Source of the DNA: Bryobacteraceae bacterium
GTDB lineage: Bacteria; Acidobacteriota; Terriglobia; Bryobacterales; Bryobacteraceae
DNA: 64,000 nucleotides
NCBI GenBank assembly: GCA_965219105.1
Contig: OZ244728.1
Location: 3,834,180-3,898,179, forward strand
Direction of reading: 5' to 3'
A program made the position numbers and the translations under genes. Below, piece after piece: positions 57,840 through 64,000 of this stretch (position 1 is the stretch's first letter; every line of letters begins with the position of its first letter). The notes under the pieces were generated by a model. The model saw only the letters and a program-made list of their open reading frames with translations. It had not been told where the DNA came from and searched no databases.

Positions 57840-58129
57840 AATGCCTCAGTTGGTGAAGGCGCGATACAGATCCCGAAAACCCTGAGAGGCGGACTTATTG
57901 CGAGTGCGGTTCCAGTATTTGTTGCGCTAGCCACCCGAGCGTAGAACGCGCGTTCCTCTCTTCTGCCTACGCCCGGCACCGCACACAGCGCCCAGTCTAC
58001 GCAACGCCGACAACACGGCAAGGTGGGTTACTCTAGGCCAGACTGGACCGATCGGCAAAAAAACAACGCTAACGCTGAGAGCGCTCGCAAAACGCCTCTG
58101 AAAGAGCGAGGCTGGGTACGCTGGCCGGT

Positions 58130-58958
58130 ATGTCAGCGCCTCAGCAGCTTACGCAAGCCCAAAGAGACCGGTTACAAACCGCTCATCATCTACTTAGCCG
58201 GCGGGAGATGGTCCGGCATTGGTTGGTTATCTAAAGAGGATTGGAACCGCATTGACGAGAAACGCCGGAGCATAACCGGCTGGGGTTTGCCATTCAGCTT
58301 TGCCTGCTCCGCTATCCAGGCTGGCCAGTCGGGCCAGGCGAGAACCCGCCGCAAAATCTGTTGAGGTTTGTCACCGAGCAACTCGCTGTCGATGCAGCTG
58401 AGGTGGCCGAGTACTCCCGGCGCCCGCAGACCCGAACCGACCACGCCCAGGAATTAGCCCGGCTGTACCGGTTTCGTCAGTACGTCTCTCCTTTTCCGGC
58501 TATGCTGCGCGAGCACCTTCGTGCCGAAGCGATCAGCAACGAATCGGCCTACACCCTCATGGAGAGCGCCCTAGAATGGCTCCGGAGCCAACATGTCATG
58601 GTCCCCGCTCTGACCACTTTAGAGTTCCTTGTGAGGAGAGTGCGGAGTGAGGTCGAACATCGGGTCTATGAGCGGATCGAGAAAGCGCTCACCGCGGAGC
58701 AGAAGAAGACGCTGGACGGTCTTCTGGAGGTGAGCCCCAGACGTGGCAGCATGTTGGGCTGGATGCGCCGAGTTCCCGGCTCTTGTTCTACTGCCGGCAT
58801 TCAAGATTTGATCCGCCGGCTCAACTGGGTTCGCAGCTTGTATTCCCGTGATTCGGCTGCAGCAGTTAGCCGCGCGCGGCGCACGACATAGCCTCAGCCA
58901 CTTCCGGCGATTTCCCAATCCCAAGCGCCACGCTATGTTGACCGCGTTTCTGATCTAT
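58130..58958 (+). mobile_element. Tn3-family transposase (tnpA) N-terminal remnant, at least 3 frameshifts, truncated at 58958
   Basis: Pieced across frames: 'MSAPQQLTQAQRDRL...REMVRHW', 'LSKEDWNRIDEKRR', 'NRLGFAIQLCLLRYPGWP...YSRRPQTRTDHAQEL...LEWLR...' and 'RLQQLAARGARHSLSHFRRFPNPKRHAMLTAFL'. This is the DUF4158 N-terminal region pattern. About 275 of about 1000 codons remain. Confidence 0.7.
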
Positions 58959-59306
58959 CACCACCACGGGTTCGCCCACTGCGATTTCAAACCCTCGCCG
59001 CAGCGTCATCGCGTTTGTGGCGGCGTCTCGCTCGGTGAAAAGCGCCCGAACCCCCAGTGCCCGTCCTACTTCGTGCCCAATTACAATGCCGCCGATCGCT
59101 GGAGAGACCACCACCGCGGCAGGCGCTTGCAGCAGTGCCCGCACTTTCCCAGCCAGCTGTTCCCCCAGCTGCGCCGCATAAGAAGGATACGCGAGCACCT
59201 TGGCGCACTGCAGATACTCCGGGCTGTGCAAACCGCTCGTCAGCCGAAAGTGACCTCGCAAATATGCGCCTGTTTGCTCAAACAACTCCATGACCGATTG
59301 CGGCAT
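58959..59306 (-). pseudogene. pyrE duplicate, only the first ~116 codons
   Basis: Same as pyrE residues 1-116 with one F-to-L change. It loses the PRPP motif at the junction with the tnpA remnant ('GEPVVV|IDQKRG'). Confidence 0.85.
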
Positions 59307-59938
59307 TTCAGCCGAAAGAATAACAGGCCCCGCTTATTTTCCTTACCCTAGAGGCTCAACTCTTCTCTAAAGAACTGCGCCTGGCGACGCGACACTTCCA
59401 GCTTCTGACCGCCTCTCAAGGTGAGTTCCAGCCCTCCTGAAACTGCTGGCGCCGCTTCGGTGATCCATTGCAGGTTTACGATTTGACTGCGGTTTGCACG
59501 AAAAAAGATGGCGGGGTCTAAGCGAGATTCCAGATAGTTGAGTGTTTTGAGAACAAGAGGCCGCTCGGCTCCGAAGTAAACGGTTGTATAGTTGCCTGAA
59601 ACTTCGAAGAGCCGAACGTCCTTGAGGGCGACGAACCAGCACTTCTCGCCGTCGCGCACGAACACACGATCGGCAGGCCCGAGCCGGTCAGGACGTTTGG
59701 CTGCCCCGGCCTTGCTTAGTTCAAGTATTCGTCGTGCCCGTTCAAGAGATAGCGCCAAACGGAAAGGCTCTACAGGCTTTACTAAATAGTCCAGCGCATT
59801 TTGTTCAAACGCTCGAACTGCGAACTCGCTGTAGGCGGTGCAAAAGATCACCAGCGGCGCGCGATCCAGGCTTTCGAGCAGATCGAAGCCGTCCCGCCCC
59901 GGCATTTGTATGTCCAAAAACATGAGATCCGGCGAACA
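58959..59938. repeat. Direct repeat copy B (980 bp)
   Basis: See copy A. The left edge is a sharp breakpoint and the right edge grades into lower identity. Confidence 0.9.
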
Positions 59939-60070
59939 ACTTTTGATGAGGGTGATAGCTTGGTCGGAGTTGGCCGCCTCGCCAGCAACTTCAATATCGG
60001 TTTCGGCGGCCAGCAAGCGGCGCATCTCCGCGCGAGCCAGGCGGGAATCTTCGATGAGGATAACCTTCAC
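59348..60070 (-). CDS. LytTR-family response regulator (complete)
   Basis: REC domain ('KVILIEDS', 'FLDIQMPGRDG') plus a LytTR DNA-binding domain. Its start overlaps the kinase stop by 4 nt. Confidence 0.85.
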   Translation of the reverse strand: MKVILIEDSRLARAEMRRLLAAETDIEVAGEAANSDQAITLIKSCSPDLMFLDIQMPGRDGFDLLESLDRAPLVIFCTAYSEFAVRAFEQNALDYLVKPVEPFRLALSLERARRILELSKAGAAKRPDRLGPADRVFVRDGEKCWFVALKDVRLFEVSGNYTTVYFGAERPLVLKTLNYLESRLDPAIFFRANRSQIVNLQWITEAAPAVSGGLELTLRGGQKLEVSRRQAQFFREELSL

Positions 60071-61101
60071 GCGTGGCTAGGAATTTCGGCGGTTGCCGCG
60101 ACTCTTCCCTTTGCTATGTCTTCCAACCGCAACGTCGAATTCGCTCCGCATAAGAGCTGGAGGCGCTCTCGAGCGTTGGCGATGCCAAAGCCCGGGCTAA
60201 GCGGTTCCACTAATCGCCCGGTGTTCTCTACTTTCACTTCCAGCCGTCCGCTGTGCATCCTGGCGCGGATCAGAACTTCGCCGTCTCCGGGTTGCTTTGA
60301 AATCCCATGCTTGATGGCGTTTTCAACAAGTTGCTGCACCAACATCGGAGGAACTAAAGCGCGCATTGCCTCGTCGTCCGCCTCGATTGCCCAACTCAGC
60401 CGCGATTCGAAATGCAGTTTCTCCAGTTCGAGGTAAGCCCGCACGATGCTTAGTTCCTGATCCAAAGTGACTTTCTCTTCGCGCCCGGCTTCGAGCGAAT
60501 AGCGCAGCAACCCGGAAAGGCGGAGTAGCATCTCGCGAGCTTTTTCCGAATCTTCCGCCACCAACGACCGTACATTATTGAGGCAGTTGAAAAGGAAGTG
60601 TGGATTGACCTGAGACTTCAAGGCCCGCAACTCGGCCTCTTGCAGGCTGGCTTCGAGTTGTAGAGATTGCCAACTCTTAGCTCGATAGCGCACGAATGCT
60701 ATGTAGCAAAACGACCAGAGACTCAGCAGAATAAACGAGGCGAGAACGTAATACCAATACATGGAGGCCTGCTCACGATAAGTGGCGATTCCCGCCGCGA
60801 TTGCCGCGGGTGACACACAAAGGTCGACTGCCATCGCCAGCAGTGCCACGGTGGGCAGAAGGCGGGCAGTCAACTTTGGACCGGGCAGCGACAACCACCG
60901 ATTCCGCCTCATAATCAGGCGCAGTGCGTGAGAGCCGGCCAGGTGGCCCAGCATGATCACCAGCCAGACCGCCAGCACTACCAGCCGCTTGCTGACTGCG
61001 TACATCTCCACGGCAGCCACCGAAAAGTAGCCGCCCCAACTTATAGCTTGCAGACTCCAGTAAAGGAGCATTCGTCCGGTGCCGGGCCTGTCGCTACTCA
61101 T
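60067..61101 (-). CDS. LytS/YehU-type sensor histidine kinase
   Basis: About 5 N-terminal TM segments, the His_kinase motif 'NPHFLFNCLNNV', and an HATPase_c domain. Confidence 0.85.
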   Translation of the reverse strand: MSSDRPGTGRMLLYWSLQAISWGGYFSVAAVEMYAVSKRLVVLAVWLVIMLGHLAGSHALRLIMRRNRWLSLPGPKLTARLLPTVALLAMAVDLCVSPAAIAAGIATYREQASMYWYYVLASFILLSLWSFCYIAFVRYRAKSWQSLQLEASLQEAELRALKSQVNPHFLFNCLNNVRSLVAEDSEKAREMLLRLSGLLRYSLEAGREEKVTLDQELSIVRAYLELEKLHFESRLSWAIEADDEAMRALVPPMLVQQLVENAIKHGISKQPGDGEVLIRARMHSGRLEVKVENTGRLVEPLSPGFGIANARERLQLLCGANSTLRLEDIAKGRVAATAEIPSHA

Positions 61102-61102
61102 G

Positions 61103-61984
61103 TCAGTCCTTTCCGAGGAACTGGTCGATTTGGCTATAGAACCATTCCGGCGCGTCCAATTGAATGAAATGCCGCGAGGTTTCGCTTACCACGATTTTGG
61201 CACTCGGCAGGCGCTCAAATTGTTTCTTGTAAGCCACTATTTGACTCGCGCGCGTGACCCCGTAGTCTTTATAGGCAATCCAGGTTCCGAGCACCAAGAC
61301 CGGCGCTTTGATCTTGGCCATGTCGGCGCGCAGGTCGGCGCTCATAAGTTCGAGCATCGCTTCGGCCACCGTGCGTTGATCGGATCTGACATCTACTTTC
61401 GTCTCGCGGTCGATGTTTTCGGGCGACGTTATCATGCTGGCGAGCGATTCCCGAGTCGTTTGCTCTCGTTTCTCCTTGGTCTGCGGCGTTAACATCTGCG
61501 CTTTGATACCGGCGGCCATGTTACGCGCCCCTTCCGGCGTAATCGCCGGATTGATCATAGCCGGCAAGAATGGCAGCCCGTCCACGCTGATCACTTTGCC
61601 CGGCAAGTCTGGAAACTTCGCTGCCAGGGACAAAGCGATAAAGCCTCCGAGGCTATGCCCGATCAACACTGGATGGTTGAGTCCGTTCTGCCTGATATAG
61701 GCCGCGAGATCGTCACGAACAGTTGCGAGCAGATAATCGGTCGCGATCGGTTTTGTGTCCCCGAAGCCCGCAATGGTCAAGGCGTGGGTCTGAAATCCTT
61801 CTCCATTCAGATGAGCCACGGTCTCACGCCAAACCTCCGATGAGCAGGCTAATCCAGGGATGAGAACCACTGGCGCGCCTTTGCCTTCCACATCCACTTT
61901 GAACGACGGCGTTTGCCGTTCCCCGGCTGTTGCCAACACGGCGCTGCAGGAGAGTAAGACGCTTAGAAATAGCTTCTTTGTCAT
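61103..61984 (-). CDS. Secreted alpha/beta hydrolase
   Basis: Signal peptide 'MTKKLFLSVLLSCSAVLATA', 'VVLIPGLA' and the nucleophile elbow 'LIGHSLGGF'. Its stop lies 1 nt before the kinase start. Confidence 0.8.
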   Translation of the reverse strand: MTKKLFLSVLLSCSAVLATAGERQTPSFKVDVEGKGAPVVLIPGLACSSEVWRETVAHLNGEGFQTHALTIAGFGDTKPIATDYLLATVRDDLAAYIRQNGLNHPVLIGHSLGGFIALSLAAKFPDLPGKVISVDGLPFLPAMINPAITPEGARNMAAGIKAQMLTPQTKEKREQTTRESLASMITSPENIDRETKVDVRSDQRTVAEAMLELMSADLRADMAKIKAPVLVLGTWIAYKDYGVTRASQIVAYKKQFERLPSAKIVVSETSRHFIQLDAPEWFYSQIDQFLGKD

Positions 61985-62462
61985 GCAGTCAGGTTAGGGC
62001 CGTCTGGCCGCGGGCTGTGCAGATTTTGATGAGCGGTTAGGACGGCACTGTGAAAGGTCTTGCACCGGGATTTGCGCTATGAATTCTGATCGTTTGGACC
62101 TGACTCTCCGGCCACTGACTGTTGAACTCCGGTGCAGCGCATCCCAAAAGCGGACACTCCATTTCCGTTGCATTAGTCGATGCTGCCCTTAAGCCATTGC
62201 AAGCAAAAGACTCCACGCACCGCTAAGCAATGGTCAGCCGCTTGCAGAGTTCAAGCAAGCAACCCGGAATTGCGGTTGAGATGAGTGGAACCGGAACTGC
62301 TTTCCTGCGTTACCATGAGGATTCGTCAAATTAAAGGGGAACTCAGCCGCAGTGCGATCCGTTCTCATTAGCACTGGGTGGAGTTGCGCGATGGAAAGAT
62401 GCCGAACAGCAGCCTGAGGCGAAGTGCGGCTATCGACCGGTAAGGATTTCTGAACGATATTG

Positions 62463-64000
62463 ATGCGACGTCTGAAAGTTTCTTTGTCTTTGTTGTGCAG
62501 CTATCTTGTGCTAGCTGGGAGTTTACCCGCACAGGAGAACGCGATCCGGGTGGAGCGGCCTCACGGAGCGTTGGGATGGCTGACTCGGCCCTACCAGCAG
62601 CCTTATATTCCTCCTGTCAACCTGGCAAATACAAGCCGCCTGGAAGCGCTAGTGAAAGCAGGAAATCTCTATCTGTCCGCACAGGATGTGATCGATCTGA
62701 CGCTCGAAAACAATCTAGACATAGAGATTCAACGCTATGGTCCGCTGCTGAACCAGGAAGTGACCCTGCGCGCTTTGAGCGGCGGTATCTTGCGAGACGT
62801 GGGAGTCGGCATAGCACCGGGGCCGACGAGTGTAAGCACCACCGGCGTCTCCACTAACGCAAGCGGCGGCGCAACCACGGTCGCCGGATCCAACGCCACC
62901 TCGAGCGGAGGCCTGATTACTTCTCTGGGTCCAACCGTGCCGAGTTTAGATCCTGCTATCTCGCTTTTTGGGCAATGGGGGCATTTCACAAGCCCCCAAG
63001 GAAACACCTTTCTATCCGGCACTACCTCCCTAACTCAAGCCGTTCGCACCTATCAGGCGTCGTACAGCCAGAGTACGGATTTTGGGCTTACCGGGCAGCT
63101 GTCTTACTCCAGTACTTACAGCAGATTCAACAGCAGCAACTTCCTGGTAAACCCGTTCGATCAAGGCAATATCACCCTGTCGCTTTCTCAAAACCTCCTG
63201 AACGGCTTCGGACGGCCGGTGCTCAGACGATTTATTTATAACGCCAGAAACAACGAGAAAGCCTCCGTGCTGCAATTCAAGCAACAGGTGATCACGACGG
63301 TATCCGCCGTCTTGAATCTTTACTGGGACCTAGTCAGCTTCAACGAGGATTTAAGAGCCAGAAAAGCCGAACTTGCTACGGCACAGGCGCTCTTTGAAGA
63401 CAACAAGAAGCAGGTTCAGATCGGAACCCTTGCGCCGATTGAGGTCACGCGGGCCGAAGCGCAGGTGTACTCGAGCCAGCAGGATCTCCTGATTTCCCAA
63501 ACCAACCTGCTTCAACAGGAGACCGTACTCAAGAATGCACTGAGCAGGAATGGGGTTGCAAGCCCGCTGCTCGCCGACGTCCATGTCATACCGCTCGATA
63601 TTATTCAGGTCCCAGAGAAGGACGAGATGAAACCGCTCGGCGAGCTGATCCAAACCGCCATGTCTAATCGCACTGAACTTGCACAGGACAGCTTGAACAT
63701 CGACAGTCAAAAAATTCAGCTTCGAGGAATCAAGAGCGAACTCTTGCCGACTCTCCAGGCTTTTACGACTCTAACCAACAATGGGCTGTCGGGCGTAAAC
63801 GCTCGGAACGCCGATGCCTTTGTTGTGGGCGGTTACGATAATTTACTTGGTCAAATATTCCGCCGCAATTACCCAAGTTACTCGGCCGGGCTCTCTCTAA
63901 ATATCCCGCTTCGAAACCGGGCGGCGCAGTCCGATTACGCAACAAACGCGTTACAGCTGCGGCAACTGGAACTGCAGTATCAGAAGGCAGTCAATCAGGT
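62463..64000 (+). CDS. TolC-family outer membrane efflux protein, 3' end beyond window (not in supplied ORF track)
   Basis: Hand translation from the ATG at 62463 stays open to the window end. It gives 'MRRLKVSLSLLCSYLVLAGSLPAQ...' (signal peptide), 'LSAQDVIDLTLENNLDIEIQRY', 'AELATAQALFEDNKKQVQIGTLAPIEVTRAEAQVYSSQQDLL' and 'LSLNIPLRNRAAQSDY', all typical OEP/TolC repeats. Confidence 0.8.
   Translation, partial: MRRLKVSLSLLCSYLVLAGSLPAQENAIRVERPHGALGWLTRPYQQPYIPPVNLANTSRLEALVKAGNLYLSAQDVIDLTLENNLDIEIQRYGPLLNQEVTLRALSGGILRDVGVGIAPGPTSVSTTGVSTNASGGATTVAGSNATSSGGLITSLGPTVPSLDPAISLFGQWGHFTSPQGNTFLSGTTSLTQAVRTYQASYSQSTDFGLTGQLSYSSTYSRFNSSNFLVNPFDQGNITLSLSQNLLNGFGRPVLRRFIYNARNNEKASVLQFKQQVITTVSAVLNLYWDLVSFNEDLRARKAELATAQALFEDNKKQVQIGTLAPIEVTRAEAQVYSSQQDLLISQTNLLQQETVLKNALSRNGVASPLLADVHVIPLDIIQVPEKDEMKPLGELIQTAMSNRTELAQDSLNIDSQKIQLRGIKSELLPTLQAFTTLTNNGLSGVNARNADAFVVGGYDNLLGQIFRRNYPSYSAGLSLNIPLRNRAAQSDYATNALQLRQLELQYQKAVNQ

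Noticed and set aside
58023-58444. ORFs 58023-58364 (+) and 58190-58444 (-) as independent genes.
   Set aside because: The plus-strand ORF contains one frame segment of the frameshifted Tn3 tnpA N-terminus ('LSKEDWNRIDEKRR'). The minus-strand ORF is its antisense shadow.
58866-59306. 146-aa 'PyrE-like' ORF as a second functional orotate phosphoribosyltransferase.
   Set aside because: It matches pyrE only for the first ~116 residues. It loses the PRPP-binding motif and continues as read-through into antisense tnpA sequence. It is the truncated repeat copy.
1-64000. CRISPR arrays, rRNA genes, prophage structural genes and integrases.
   Set aside because: I saw no regularly spaced direct repeats, no rRNA-like sequence, and no capsid, terminase, tail or tyrosine/serine recombinase-like ORFs on either strand.

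Overview
This is a 64-kb chromosomal segment from a Gram-negative, moderately GC-rich bacterium. The gene content looks Acidobacteriota-like to me, but that is an impression, not a search result. I count roughly 60 protein genes and 2 tRNAs (Arg-ACG, Ala-GGC). I saw no rRNA and no CRISPR array.

Positions 1 to 45.7 kb are mostly core functions:
- lipid A and LPS genes: two lpxD paralogs, lpxA, and a fused lptF-lptG
- aroA and a leuA-like/leuB/leuC/leuD operon with a divergent LysR regulator
- scpA-scpB-rluB, clpP, uvsE, a GH57 glycosidase, coaA, mobA, a cell-wall amidase and a lytic transglycosylase
- two tandem cation/proton antiporter-like genes, a REC-GGDEF regulator and a DUF433/DUF5615 toxin-antitoxin-like pair next to tRNA-Ala

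Positions 45.7 to 47.3 kb hold mobile-element debris: an internally deleted, frameshifted IS256-like transposase and a truncated Uma2-family gene.

The most interesting structure lies at 48.3 to 59.9 kb. A 980-bp direct repeat (48291-49270 and 58959-59938, only 2 mismatches found) brackets a 9.7-kb accessory island.
- The left copy carries a complete pyrE and an N-terminally truncated LytTR response regulator.
- The right copy carries a complete regulator (with its LytS-type kinase) and a C-terminally truncated pyrE.
- That truncated pyrE is fused at a sharp junction to a multiply frameshifted Tn3-family tnpA N-terminal remnant.
- A candidate Tn3-type 38-bp terminal repeat sits just inside the left junction.

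The island carries MarR- and TetR-linked small redox and tailoring-type genes (ABM, EthD, DUF1772, DUF4267, NIPSNAP, cupin, alpha/beta hydrolases, an NmrA-like fragment, a BNR propeller, EVE). Several of them are disrupted.

The window ends inside a TolC-family outer membrane gene that is missing from the supplied ORF track. All functional calls come from motif-level recognition of the translated ORFs. No database search was run.
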